Below are positions 1 through 9,727 of a stretch of 64,000 bases of DNA, in pieces (position 1 is the first letter of the stretch; each line of letters begins with the position of its first letter). The position numbers and the translations under genes were made by a program. The notes beneath the pieces were generated by a model, which was not told the origin of the DNA, ran no database searches, and saw only the letters and a list, made by a program, of their open reading frames with translations. This DNA comes from an uncultured Treponema sp. (GTDB lineage Bacteria > Spirochaetota > Spirochaetia > Treponematales > Treponemataceae). The DNA lies in the NCBI GenBank assembly GCA_964641135.1, contig CAZXJV010000003.1:2418-66417 (forward strand), read 5' to 3'.

Positions 1-1
1 A

Positions 2-502
2 ACAGTGCAGGAATTTGAAGGCTCGGCAGCCCTGGTTCAGAGCTCAAACGATCAGGGCGCCAGTGTCAGCTCAAATCAGACTATTACCGGCACCGCAAGT
101 GCTGAAACCGGGCAGGCGCTCTCTGCAATCACCAGTACAGCGGGAACGGGTACATCCTCCACCGGAACGGCAGCGGGAAGTGCAACGGGAAGCCCATCTT
201 CAGTCAGTGCAAGCCGGACAGATATCTCTTTTGACGGTACTCCCCGCGAACTTGTCAGTTCAACCTCGCTTGATCTGCCTGATAACCTTCAAAGCCTTAT
301 TAATTCAAGCAGAACAGTCAAGGTGAGTTTTTCGGTCACTCCTTCAGGAACAGTGCCGGGGCTTACCATCTTTTTTACTCCTTCCAACGTTCTTCCTGAT
401 CAGGTACAATCCTGGCTGCGCGGACGTATAGAACAATGGCGTTTTACCGGGGGACAGGGTTCTGCCAGCGGTTCCTTTACCTACACCATAACCGCCCGAT
501 AG
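2..502 (+). CDS. 3' end of a gene cut by the window edge; Ser/Thr/Gly/Ala-rich low-complexity segment followed by a small globular C-terminus, function unknown
   Basis: The frame is open from the window start to the stop at 500-502. Low-complexity composition (TGTASAETGQ...SSTGTAAGSATGS). No motif I can name. Confidence 0.4.
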   Translation, partial: TVQEFEGSAALVQSSNDQGASVSSNQTITGTASAETGQALSAITSTAGTGTSSTGTAAGSATGSPSSVSASRTDISFDGTPRELVSSTSLDLPDNLQSLINSSRTVKVSFSVTPSGTVPGLTIFFTPSNVLPDQVQSWLRGRIEQWRFTGGQGSASGSFTYTITAR

Positions 503-522
503 CATCACACGAAAGGATATCC

Positions 523-1212
523 ATGAGATCAGAAATTGACGCTGTAGCCTTTGACATCGATGGAACCCTGTATCCCAACGCGGCACTGAATGTACGCATT
601 CTCCCCTTTATTCTGGCAAATGCGCCGCTGATGATACGCTTCGGGCGGGTGCGTAGAATAATCCGCCGGATGCAGGAGGCGGACCCGTCCTTCAAGAAGG
701 ATGATTTTTTTGAATATCAGGCCTCGCTTCTGGCTCCGTCCCTGGGTCTCGATACCAGCGGGTGCCGCGAGCTTCTTGACCGCCTTATTTATGAAGGCTG
801 GAAGCCCCTGTTTCAGCGTGTGCCGCCCTTTGCCGGGGTCCGGGACTGCTTTGACGCCCTGCGCGCTGCCGGTCTTCGGCTTGCCCTTCTTTCGGATTTT
901 CCGCCGGCTCAAAAAGGCGATGTGTGGGGCCTTGCTCCCCTGTGCGAGACAGTGCTCGGCTCTGAACAGACCGGTGCCCTTAAACCCTCTCCGGTTCCTT
1001 TCAAGGCCCTTGCCGATGCCCTCGGCCTACCCCCGCAGCGTATACTGTATGTCGGAAACTCCATTACCTCTGATGTTTTGGGAGCCTCCCGCGCCGGCAT
1101 GAAAACCGCCTGCATCCGAAGCCCGCTGGCCCTTGCACTGCGCGGACCGGTCAGGCAGGCCGACTTTTCTTTCAGCAACTATCGCCAATTGACCCGTTAT
1201 GTGCTAGAATAG
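523..1212 (+). CDS. HAD-superfamily hydrolase (phosphatase-like)
   Basis: ATG at 523 gives MRSEIDAVAFDIDGTLYPN, which carries the DxDGT motif I of HAD hydrolases. C-terminal YVGNSITSDVLGA matches the motif III/IV region. The ORF-track start at 436 overlaps the upstream gene and is less likely. Confidence 0.8.
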   Translation: MRSEIDAVAFDIDGTLYPNAALNVRILPFILANAPLMIRFGRVRRIIRRMQEADPSFKKDDFFEYQASLLAPSLGLDTSGCRELLDRLIYEGWKPLFQRVPPFAGVRDCFDALRAAGLRLALLSDFPPAQKGDVWGLAPLCETVLGSEQTGALKPSPVPFKALADALGLPPQRILYVGNSITSDVLGASRAGMKTACIRSPLALALRGPVRQADFSFSNYRQLTRYVLE

Positions 1213-1287
1213 CCCAACAAGTGATGCGGCCCACCGCCTCTGCGGCGCCGGCCGGGTCCTCTTTAAAAAAGGGTGGGGCAGGTATCT

Positions 1288-4200
1288 ATGTTTACTCCGG
1301 GCAATCTTGTGACCATGGGCGTATGCCTTTTAGTGGTCCTTCTTTTCAGACAGCTGGACAAGAACAACCGTTCCCTGGAAAAAGTCAAAAAATACACAGA
1401 CAAAATCAAGGGTGAACTTGAACAATTTATCAAGGACCGCGTTGACCGGCTCAATGACGCTGCACTTGGTTTGGACGTCCAGCAGACGAAGGCTGTCGCC
1501 GCTGTCAAGCGGCTTGATGCTATCCGTGAGGACGTCGCCCGCAAAGAAGCCGATCTGGCTGAACGCAGCGGCATGGTAGACGGCATTGAACGCAAAATCA
1601 AGGAATATGAACAGACCCTTAAAACACTGGAAGACATGACGGCACGGGCCGAAACAAATCTGGAACGTCTTGCCGATGAATCCGGCTTTACGGAAATGAT
1701 GGGCAAAAAACTCGGCGAGGCCCAAAAGCAGCTGGGTGCCCTGACGGCAGAAATCCCGGTTCTTCGCGAACAGTTCCTGGAAGAGAATCGCCGTCAGCTT
1801 TCTTCCGTGCAGGAAGATGTATTGTCATCCGTCTCAAAGAGTATTGACGACATCGGGCGCAGGGTTGAAGCAGCGCGCCATGACAGCGAAAAGGTTCTTG
1901 AACACTCAGCCGAAAAACTCCAGGAACTGGTAAAAAAATCCCTGGCCGAAGCAGCCCGCCGTGCGGACAGCATGGAGGAAGCCACCTTCGTCAAGCTCAA
2001 GGAGCAGGCCCTGGATCGCCTGTCACGTTATAAAGAAACCATAGAAGAAAAAACCACCGCAATACAGGAGATGGCTAAAGAGAAGGTTGGAGAAACCCAG
2101 CAGCTGGTCAAGAATTTCCGGGCCGAGTGGCAGACCGAAGCCCATGATTTCCTTGAAACAACACGGGCGGAAATTGCAGAGCTTACCCGCCTTGCCGCAG
2201 ATGCCTCCGATCGTCTGGAAAAGGAACTGCGGGCGGCCGGTCGCCGCAGCGATCAGCTGGCGGAAGAATTGTCCGCTCGGGTGCACGAACTGGAATCGCA
2301 TTCTTCCGGCGAGCTTTCCCGTCTGGAAGCGGAAATGAACACCTTCAGCACAGCGGCTGATACCCGCCTTGCCGATATGAGTAAAACGATTGACGGCGGT
2401 ATTACAGGACTCAAGCAGTCCTTTGACAGTGGATTGTCAAAGCTTCAAACTGAAAGCGATTCTTCTATAAATTCGGTAAAGACCGCGCTGGAAAAGGCCT
2501 TGCTCGGTGTACGGGATACAGCTGCTGCAGCCCTTGTAAAACAGGCAGCCGAGTTTACTGCTTCCATTGACCGCCAGTCTGCCGAATTATCAGGCGCTCT
2601 TGCGGGGCGTTCCACTGAACTTGCAGCAGCCCTTGAAAAACTTGCAGCTACCCTTGAACAGGAAATCGGCACTTGCCGCAGTGATGTTGATTACCGCTTG
2701 AATGCTCTGCGTACCCTGATTGAAGATACGGACCGGCTTGAAGAAACCCTCCGGGCCGCCTGGCAGGAAACAGCAAAAACTGCCGGGGAGAGCTTTAACG
2801 CCTGGGCTGCAGGACAGAGCACTGAACAGGAACGCTTCAGCGGAACTATCAGTACCAAAGCTGCGGAGATCAGTGACCGTATGGCAGGGCTGGAGGCCGG
2901 ACTCAATGAGCTCAAATCAAAGGCCTATGCAAATGTCTCCGAAAAATTGAAACTCTTTGAAGATGATTTTTTTGCCGATCTTACCAGGCGCAGCGATTCT
3001 GTCAATACAGCTCTTGTACAGTGGCAGCACAGTCTTGATGAACGGCTTGAATCGCTTGGTGCTGCCGGCGAATCTGCCCGCAAGGATCTGGAAACAAAGT
3101 ATACCCTGGAGTTGACTAACCGCCTGCAGGAAATAGGGGAACAGTTCCGCGATCAGACCGGACGGGTTGAAGAACAGATACAGGCGGTAGAAGCAGAGCT
3201 TCGCGGACGTATATCGGTCAGCGACAAGACCCTCAACGGCTTTCTTGAGCAGATCCGTTCCGATTTTGCCGAACTGCGCACTGCGGCTGATGCCCAGTTG
3301 CAGAAAGAGCTGGCCGGACATGCTGCCCAGGTGCAGGAGTCGCTGCGGCGTCAGGAACGCGACATAGAAGTCCGTGCGCGGGCGCTTGAGGATACTGTAG
3401 AGCAGGCACGCGGCGACGCAGGCGGGGCTCTGGAATCAATCCGGCAGGATTTTGCACAGTGGCAACAGCGAACCGTTGCCCAGCTTGATGCAGCCTCGGG
3501 TCAGATTGAATCCCGCCTTGCGGATCTTTCTTCCGGGACAGAGTCGTCAATCACAGCGCTTGAATCAGCTTACACTGCTCAGTATAAGGCCTTCCTCGAG
3601 AAGGCTTCCCAGGACCGGGCCTTGATGCAGCAGCATATAGAACAGCTTGGTTCCCGTATGGATCAGGCTTCTGCGGATTTCGCTGAGCGATCAGGACGGA
3701 TGCTGGCCGAGCTGACTCGAAATGGTGAAACTTTCTCTGCTGAACAGGCACGCCAGTTTAGCGAGGCTTCTACAGATACCGACGCAGCCGTACGCGGTCT
3801 TAAAACAATGGTTCAGGACGTACGCGACAAGCTTGAGCAGGCACAGAGCCGCGTTTCTGACCGTATTCAGTCAGAAGCGGCAGCGCTCAATAAAACACTT
3901 GACGAGATTGACCGCCGCCAGAAGGCCTTTGTTGCACAGACCAGGGTGTTTGACCGGGCCGACGAGCTTAAACAGGGGCTTGAAAAAGACCTGGCTGAAC
4001 TAAAGGACGAGATTGGCCGGCTCGATGTCTACCGTGAAACGATGAGTTCTCTTGAGCAACACTATATTAAAACCCGCAAGATGGAAGAGGAAGCTACCGC
4101 AAAACTCAACAAATTCATGGCCGAGAAAAAACGTATTGATATTCTGGAAGCAGATTTTACCAAATTGCTCGGTCTTTCAGAATCCATCGACCGGAAAATT

Positions 4201-4812
4201 TCTGAGCTTACCCTGACCAATGATGATATGCAGCAATATCAGGTACAGATCCGCCGGTTTGAAGAGAGTATTACAGCAGTTAACAGCCGCTATGAACGCC
4301 TTGAAAAGAAGGCAGCGGTTCTTGACCAGACTGTCGACGGCGTGGACAAGGCCTTTGAAAACCTCAAAAATCTGGAATCAGCCATCGGAGCTCTCCGCAG
4401 CGAGTTCAGCTCTGTTCCTGGCCAGCTTGATTCCGTTCAGTCAGCTTTGTCCATCCTTATGGAGAACCGCGGACAGCTTTCCAGGGTCGTAGACCGTATC
4501 TCCGGTCTCGATGATATACTTTCGGATGTTGAAACCAGAACCGAACGCATGCAGACAGCCCGCGAGTGGCTTGCAAAAACAGAAACCAGGCTGGAAGAGA
4601 TTTCTCGTCAGGCGGAAGATCAGCTAAAACTGCTTGGTGATCTGTTGAAGGATGAAGGTGCTTCGCGCAAGACCAAAGGTGCACCGCCCATCGGTATCCG
4701 TGAAAACGTGGTCAAGCTGTCGCGTCAGGGCTGGAAAGTAGACGAGATCGCCCGGGCACTGCATCTGTCGCGCGGTGAGGTCGAACTTATTCTGGAACTT
4801 CCGCAGAAATAA
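1288..4812 (+). CDS. giant coiled-coil protein with an N-terminal transmembrane anchor and a C-terminal HTH-like segment (spirochaete-type long coiled-coil protein)
   Basis: About 1170 aa. N-terminus MFTPGNLVTMGVCLLVVLLF is hydrophobic. More than 1000 aa follow that are E/K/R/L/A/Q-rich and heptad-like. The C-terminus GWKVDEIARALHLSRGEVELILE resembles a sigma70-region-4/LuxR-like HTH. An alternative GTG start lies at 1273. Confidence 0.75.
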   Translation: MFTPGNLVTMGVCLLVVLLFRQLDKNNRSLEKVKKYTDKIKGELEQFIKDRVDRLNDAALGLDVQQTKAVAAVKRLDAIREDVARKEADLAERSGMVDGIERKIKEYEQTLKTLEDMTARAETNLERLADESGFTEMMGKKLGEAQKQLGALTAEIPVLREQFLEENRRQLSSVQEDVLSSVSKSIDDIGRRVEAARHDSEKVLEHSAEKLQELVKKSLAEAARRADSMEEATFVKLKEQALDRLSRYKETIEEKTTAIQEMAKEKVGETQQLVKNFRAEWQTEAHDFLETTRAEIAELTRLAADASDRLEKELRAAGRRSDQLAEELSARVHELESHSSGELSRLEAEMNTFSTAADTRLADMSKTIDGGITGLKQSFDSGLSKLQTESDSSINSVKTALEKALLGVRDTAAAALVKQAAEFTASIDRQSAELSGALAGRSTELAAALEKLAATLEQEIGTCRSDVDYRLNALRTLIEDTDRLEETLRAAWQETAKTAGESFNAWAAGQSTEQERFSGTISTKAAEISDRMAGLEAGLNELKSKAYANVSEKLKLFEDDFFADLTRRSDSVNTALVQWQHSLDERLESLGAAGESARKDLETKYTLELTNRLQEIGEQFRDQTGRVEEQIQAVEAELRGRISVSDKTLNGFLEQIRSDFAELRTAADAQLQKELAGHAAQVQESLRRQERDIEVRARALEDTVEQARGDAGGALESIRQDFAQWQQRTVAQLDAASGQIESRLADLSSGTESSITALESAYTAQYKAFLEKASQDRALMQQHIEQLGSRMDQASADFAERSGRMLAELTRNGETFSAEQARQFSEASTDTDAAVRGLKTMVQDVRDKLEQAQSRVSDRIQSEAAALNKTLDEIDRRQKAFVAQTRVFDRADELKQGLEKDLAELKDEIGRLDVYRETMSSLEQHYIKTRKMEEEATAKLNKFMAEKKRIDILEADFTKLLGLSESIDRKISELTLTNDDMQQYQVQIRRFEESITAVNSRYERLEKKAAVLDQTVDGVDKAFENLKNLESAIGALRSEFSSVPGQLDSVQSALSILMENRGQLSRVVDRISGLDDILSDVETRTERMQTAREWLAKTETRLEEISRQAEDQLKLLGDLLKDEGASRKTKGAPPIGIRENVVKLSRQGWKVDEIARALHLSRGEVELILELPQK

Positions 4813-5275
4813 GGCAGGATGCCCAGCATTCAACAGCCTCGCCGGTTCCCACCGGTGCAAGGCCTTCTCCTGTTTTTGCCTTTACAAAGATCCTGTCCGG
4901 ATCGACAGAAAGTACTGCGGCGATTGAGTTACGAACGTGGGTCCGCCATGGAAGGAATTTGGGTCGTTCAAGGGCAATAATACAGTCAAGATTGACCAGG
5001 TGCCAGCCATGAGCTTTCACCAGTTTCCATGCAGTTGCAAGAAGTGTTCGTGAGTCGGCATCCTTCCATTGTGCATCCGATGGAGGGAATAGTTCGCCGA
5101 TATCGCCAAGACCGGCAGCACCGAGAAGGGCGTCTGTTATGGCGTGCAGCAGAACATCGCCGTCCGAGTGACCGGCTTCTCCGGTTTCGGAGGGGATGAT
5201 GACGCCGCCAAGTACCAGTGGCCGTCCGCAAACCAGCCGGTGGCGGTCCCAGCCCAATCCAGTCCGTATTTTCAC
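4787..5275 (-). CDS. ispF: 2-C-methyl-D-erythritol 2,4-cyclodiphosphate synthase
   Basis: GHSDGDVLLHAITDALLGAAGLGDIGELFP and the DSRTLL motifs are typical of IspF. ATGA start/stop overlap with ispD. Confidence 0.95.
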   Translation of the reverse strand: MKIRTGLGWDRHRLVCGRPLVLGGVIIPSETGEAGHSDGDVLLHAITDALLGAAGLGDIGELFPPSDAQWKDADSRTLLATAWKLVKAHGWHLVNLDCIIALERPKFLPWRTHVRNSIAAVLSVDPDRIFVKAKTGEGLAPVGTGEAVECWASCLISAEVPE

Positions 5276-5961
5276 AAATCCCCCTGCCAGGTGATTTTTC
5301 TGTTTTCACGTTCGCCAGGACAGATCAGGACCCGCCCCTGATACCGGTCCCATATTTCACTGTCATCTGTATATTCATGGGTATCAGCGGCGGCTTTACG
5401 GTGGGCATCTACAATACCGGCAAAGCGGAACCCCTGAGGTGTCTGAACCGCTGAAAGAAAGCGGCGTTCAGGATGTTCTACAATACAGCAGTCGGGGCCG
5501 CATCGTTTGATGGTATCAGTAACGCTGATTCCGGGAACAACAGCTCCATGGAGGACTGTTTCCTCACAAACGGCCCTTATAAGTGAATGACTTACAAAGG
5601 GCCGGGCACCGTCATGTATGAGGATGATGTCGGCACCTGGCTCGGCTGCTGCAAGTGCCTCAAGTCCCAGACGAACCGAAGACTGGCGGTGTGCACCGCC
5701 TTCCACAAAAAGGATTCTGTTCAGTAGTTCCGGTGTGATTGACGGATCCCTTGCCAATACCGATCGCGCCTCACTGATACCGCCTGGCGGCACTACAATG
5801 GCAATGAGGGCGAACAATTGTGTTTCGGAAAAAATACCCAGGCAGGCAGAAAGAACAGTCCTTCCGGGGTTAGTGGCTGTTAGCGGCAGATATTCTTTTT
5901 TGACGGGTCCGCCCATTCGGGTAGAGCTGCCTGCTGCAGTGATCAGGGCAAGGCGGACCAT
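5272..5961 (-). CDS. ispD: 2-C-methyl-D-erythritol 4-phosphate cytidylyltransferase
   Basis: N-terminal ITAAGSSTRMG P-loop-like motif and VQTPQGF motif. Sits directly upstream of ispF. Confidence 0.93.
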   Translation of the reverse strand: MVRLALITAAGSSTRMGGPVKKEYLPLTATNPGRTVLSACLGIFSETQLFALIAIVVPPGGISEARSVLARDPSITPELLNRILFVEGGAHRQSSVRLGLEALAAAEPGADIILIHDGARPFVSHSLIRAVCEETVLHGAVVPGISVTDTIKRCGPDCCIVEHPERRFLSAVQTPQGFRFAGIVDAHRKAAADTHEYTDDSEIWDRYQGRVLICPGERENRKITWQGDL

Positions 5962-5964
5962 ACC

Positions 5965-6582
5965 TCACTCGTCCGAATCGTCCTCATCATCGCTGTCATT
6001 ATCAGCGGAGAGGTCTTCATCCATGAAGTCATCGTCATCATCTATGATTTCCTGGTCGATTTTGACATCATCTTCGTCAATTTCGCCAAGTGGTTCCAGA
6101 TGAGTGTGGATCAGGGCTTCCACTTCGCTTCGGGACATGTCCAGTGAATATGTAATTTCATCTTCCAGAAGCTTGCGGGCGGAATCATACAGCTTCCGCT
6201 CAAGTATCGGCAGCTCTTTAACTTTTGACCGGTGATACAGCGAACGTACTATTGTTGCAATGTCGATTACGCTGCCTTTCTTTAAAAGATCAAGGTTGAT
6301 CTGATATCGGAGTTTCCAGTCAGATGGAATTGGCTCAAAGTCCTGCGAAATAAGCTCAAGTGCTTTTCGGGCTTCATCCTGGGAAACAATAGCCCGTATA
6401 CCCAGCTCTTCAGCTTTGAGTACGGGGACCATAACAGTCATGTCCGAAACATCAAGATAAATAACGTAATACAGGATGTTCTCACCCTTAAATGTTTTTT
6501 CCTTGATTTCCAGAATCTTGCCGACACCCTGGCTGGGATATACGACTTTTTGGTTGACCTTGAAGGCAGTTTTGCTACTCAT
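5965..6582 (-). CDS. carD: CarD/CdnL family RNA-polymerase-binding transcription factor with a poly-acidic C-terminal tail
   Basis: FKVNQKVVYPSQGVGKILEI is the Tudor-like CarD_CdnL_TRCF N-domain. carD-ispD-ispF synteny. The last ~45 aa are mostly D/E. Confidence 0.9.
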   Translation of the reverse strand: MSSKTAFKVNQKVVYPSQGVGKILEIKEKTFKGENILYYVIYLDVSDMTVMVPVLKAEELGIRAIVSQDEARKALELISQDFEPIPSDWKLRYQINLDLLKKGSVIDIATIVRSLYHRSKVKELPILERKLYDSARKLLEDEITYSLDMSRSEVEALIHTHLEPLGEIDEDDVKIDQEIIDDDDDFMDEDLSADNDSDDEDDSDE

Positions 6583-6616
6583 ACGGCTTTCATAGTATCA
6601 TAAATAGTCAGGGAGG

Positions 6617-8203
6617 TCAAAGCCCTGCCCGTGCAACCCCCGGCAGTGCCCTCGGTGCAACAAAACGTAAAAACTTGAAAGGATGAATATCAAGCGGGTT
6701 CCGGTACCATCCGTCCAGACCGTTTGTATCGATTACATTCACTGATAGGTTGTGCGAAACCGGAAGAATTACTCCGTCCTTTAAAAGGAGTTCTTCGGCC
6801 CTGGCAAGGATTGTATAGCGTTCCTGTCCGCTTGTTGCTTTGGCCGATGCGTCCAGAAGGCTGTCGAATTCACTGTTTTTCCAGCGTGCTTCATTAAGCG
6901 AAGAATCAGAGCGGAACATTTCAAGAAATGCCAGCGGGTCGGCAAAGTCACCGATCCAGGATGTCAGTCCAACAGTAAAACCGTTGCTTCCGAGTGATTG
7001 ATAATACTCACGGAACGGCAGGCCCTCTACCCGTGTTTTGATACCCAGTGTTTCCCATGCCTCTGTCATTTTCTCTGCCTGGATGCGAAGGCTTGGTGCT
7101 TCAGGAATTCGTATCACCAGCTCGGGAAGTATAATGTCGGGATTCTGTTTTTTCCATTCTGAAAAAAGAATAGCAGCCTTTCCGGGATCAGTCTCAACAA
7201 CACCTTCCAGCTGGGGATAGCCTGCAATCGGGAATACAAGCGTTTTTGCCGGAATAAGGTATCCTTCCCGCAGTGTATCCCAGTTGACTGCCAGGAAAAG
7301 AATACGGCGCAGATCCTGATCAGCCCATGCTCCTTCGGTGCGGAAGAAATAGTATTCGGTTGCAAACATCGGTGAAACCTTGATGGACTCGGTATCATAA
7401 ATTCCGTCCAGAATCATTGTGCCACCCAGCCAGTCGATTTCCCCGCGGTTAAATGCATCTGTCAGCATTCGGGAATCATCCGAGATAACCAGGCGTATGG
7501 AGGGGACCAGTACTTCGTCGCGGTCCCAGTACCAGATGTTTTTTACAAATCGCAGACCTTCTTCGCCGGAAGAGTCCAGGCGGTATGGACCGCTTGAAAC
7601 AGGCAGGGCAGAGGGACTGAAATCGGCGTCGGGTCTGTTAAGACGGGAAGGATGAACAGCGCTGAATGCATGATGACACAGAATTTTCAGAAGGTGATCA
7701 GCGGGGCGCTCTAGTCGTACTGTCAATTCGGTTATGCCGGCTGCGGTAATTCCGACAGAGGCAGGGTCGGGGTTTAGTCCGGTGCGGTAGCTGCGTGCAC
7801 CCTCTATCATGTCAAATAACGATGCGTAAGGTGCCTCTGTTGATCGATCAAGCAATGACAGCCATGAGTTGCGTATTACTTCGGCGGTAATGCGTTCGCC
7901 GGTTTCAAAACGCGCTGTAGAGCGAAGTTTGAACTTCCACACAAGGCCGTCAGGGCTGACGGTAAAAGATTCAGCTATTGCGGGAACGGGTTCCATGTTG
8001 AATGGATCATACACGAACAAGCCTTCGGCTACAGCGGTAAGAATCTGTGCCTCATCGGCGTTGTATGCCTTGTGTACCCGCCAGTCCGGTATTGACGATG
8101 ATATATTGGCGGTGAATTCCCGCTGCGGCCAGCTTTGAGCCGAAAGAGCTGTGCTTGCCATGCACAGAACCGCGAGAAAGAGTGTGCAGATTCGTTTAGA
8201 CAT
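6617..8203 (-). CDS. ABC transporter substrate-binding protein, family 5 (peptide/nickel type)
   Basis: ATG at 8203 gives the signal peptide MSKRICTLFLAVLCMASTALSAQ. Length and sequence are typical of the DppA/OppA-like SBP_bac_5 family. The start overlaps the upstream gene's stop (ATGTCTAA). Confidence 0.8.
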   Translation of the reverse strand: MSKRICTLFLAVLCMASTALSAQSWPQREFTANISSSIPDWRVHKAYNADEAQILTAVAEGLFVYDPFNMEPVPAIAESFTVSPDGLVWKFKLRSTARFETGERITAEVIRNSWLSLLDRSTEAPYASLFDMIEGARSYRTGLNPDPASVGITAAGITELTVRLERPADHLLKILCHHAFSAVHPSRLNRPDADFSPSALPVSSGPYRLDSSGEEGLRFVKNIWYWDRDEVLVPSIRLVISDDSRMLTDAFNRGEIDWLGGTMILDGIYDTESIKVSPMFATEYYFFRTEGAWADQDLRRILFLAVNWDTLREGYLIPAKTLVFPIAGYPQLEGVVETDPGKAAILFSEWKKQNPDIILPELVIRIPEAPSLRIQAEKMTEAWETLGIKTRVEGLPFREYYQSLGSNGFTVGLTSWIGDFADPLAFLEMFRSDSSLNEARWKNSEFDSLLDASAKATSGQERYTILARAEELLLKDGVILPVSHNLSVNVIDTNGLDGWYRNPLDIHPFKFLRFVAPRALPGVARAGL

Positions 8204-9614
8204 TCGTGATCCCCAGTTTCTTGAGCTGCTGCTGTTCTTCCAGTTGTGCCGAGTATTCGGCGCGGCACTGGTTAGCCTTGACCAGATTGTTTTTGATTGT
8301 AGAAAGTTCAATCTTTATTCCCCGGATCCGGTCACGGGCTTCAGCGGGTATGGATTGCTTGAAATAATCATCCACACCAGCCAGCTGCTTTGAAAGGTTG
8401 CCAAGTTCTGCCAGGTTACGGGTCAGAAGATCGAATATCTGCTGTTCCTCCATCGATTCTATTTTTAGATAGGTTGGCGAGCTCCTGACTGTAAAACCGG
8501 TAAACAGACGGCTTTTTTTTCGCACCTCATCGATAAAATCAGACCAGATTATGCTTTCTCTCTTGCCGGTTCCTGTTGCGGGGTCAGCAATGAGAATATA
8601 CATCTCAACTTCTTTTTCGGGAATATTGAATGCCTTGCGGAACAGGGCTGCAAGTCGGGACATGAAGCTTTTTTCAAGGCTTTGCAGGGTATGGTAATTA
8701 TCCTGTATTTTGTTGAGAATTTCATCGAGCTGTGGTGCCACAGCTCCGATTGTACGAATACCATCCAGCAGAACAGGTTTGAGGCTTTCTTCTGTATGCG
8801 CCTTGTTTTCCTGTGTCCTGGAAGTTGTCAGTTTTGCAAGCAGTTCTTGCTGCAACACTGCATGATCCGGCGAAAAATCCTCACGGAGAATTTCTTCGAT
8901 CAGTTCGGTATAGAAGGGTTGATCGCGCATTTGTGCGGCAAAGGCGCGTTTTATATCCCTTATTGCCTCTGTCATGCCGCCGGTAAAGATTTTTTCCGGA
9001 TTAAAAACAGCGGCAGGCATGACCATTTTTCGTATTGTCAGTTTGTACCGTTCGCGGTGAAATTCTGCAAGACTGCGAAGTCCCTTGGTAATATTTATCG
9101 CACTTTTGCTCAGCTGCCTGAGACAATCATTTACAATACTGATGGAAAGAGGATCTGTGCCTGTACGGACATTTGCTACCAGCTCGGCAAGTCCGCGGGT
9201 GTTCGGCTTGTTGGATGTATTTGAAAAGGTATCCCAGTTAAAGGTACGCATAAGGGTAGCTATGCGGTTGATCCGTTCAGGTGCAAGATTGTCACAGGTA
9301 AAGGTGTAATAGTTATTCAGATAGTCAAGCATAGCTTCAAATTCGGCCAAACGGCGTCCGATGACCGGTCCCCGTTCGGAATCTGCGAAGGTTTCATCGG
9401 ACGGCAGTTCAATTTCCTGTATCTTGCTGTCGTATTTATAGGGTTCGTCGTGAAAAACGCCTTTTTTTATCAAAACTGTGCGCAGTGTCTTCGTAGCGCT
9501 GTGCGCTATCCGGAATTCTTCCTGGAGCTTGGGTAAAAAGAATGAATCGAAGGCTGCCTGTCGTTCCATGACAGCCTGAAACAGTGCATCGGTAAAACTG
9601 CTGTTTTGTTCCAT
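8196..9614 (-). CDS. hypothetical cytoplasmic, largely alpha-helical protein (472 aa)
   Basis: Long uninterrupted ORF starting MEQNSSFTDALFQ. No signal peptide and no motif I recognise. Translationally coupled to the downstream SBP gene. Confidence 0.6.
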   Translation of the reverse strand: MEQNSSFTDALFQAVMERQAAFDSFFLPKLQEEFRIAHSATKTLRTVLIKKGVFHDEPYKYDSKIQEIELPSDETFADSERGPVIGRRLAEFEAMLDYLNNYYTFTCDNLAPERINRIATLMRTFNWDTFSNTSNKPNTRGLAELVANVRTGTDPLSISIVNDCLRQLSKSAINITKGLRSLAEFHRERYKLTIRKMVMPAAVFNPEKIFTGGMTEAIRDIKRAFAAQMRDQPFYTELIEEILREDFSPDHAVLQQELLAKLTTSRTQENKAHTEESLKPVLLDGIRTIGAVAPQLDEILNKIQDNYHTLQSLEKSFMSRLAALFRKAFNIPEKEVEMYILIADPATGTGKRESIIWSDFIDEVRKKSRLFTGFTVRSSPTYLKIESMEEQQIFDLLTRNLAELGNLSKQLAGVDDYFKQSIPAEARDRIRGIKIELSTIKNNLVKANQCRAEYSAQLEEQQQLKKLGITNV

Positions 9615-9692
9615 AATTATACTATTATCGGCTAAAAAGGTCATAACGGCAAGACACAATTACTGCTATCAATAGTGTTGTTTTTTCGGTTA

Positions 9693-9721
9693 TTGACATT
9701 GACCTGACAGGGGAGTATTGT
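9693..9721 (+). promoter_or_regulatory. sigma-70-type promoter for the thrS leader
   Basis: TTGACA (9693-9698), 17-nt spacer, TATTGT (9716-9721). Located about 340 nt upstream of the thrS start. Confidence 0.5.
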
Positions 9722-9727
9722 TAGATA

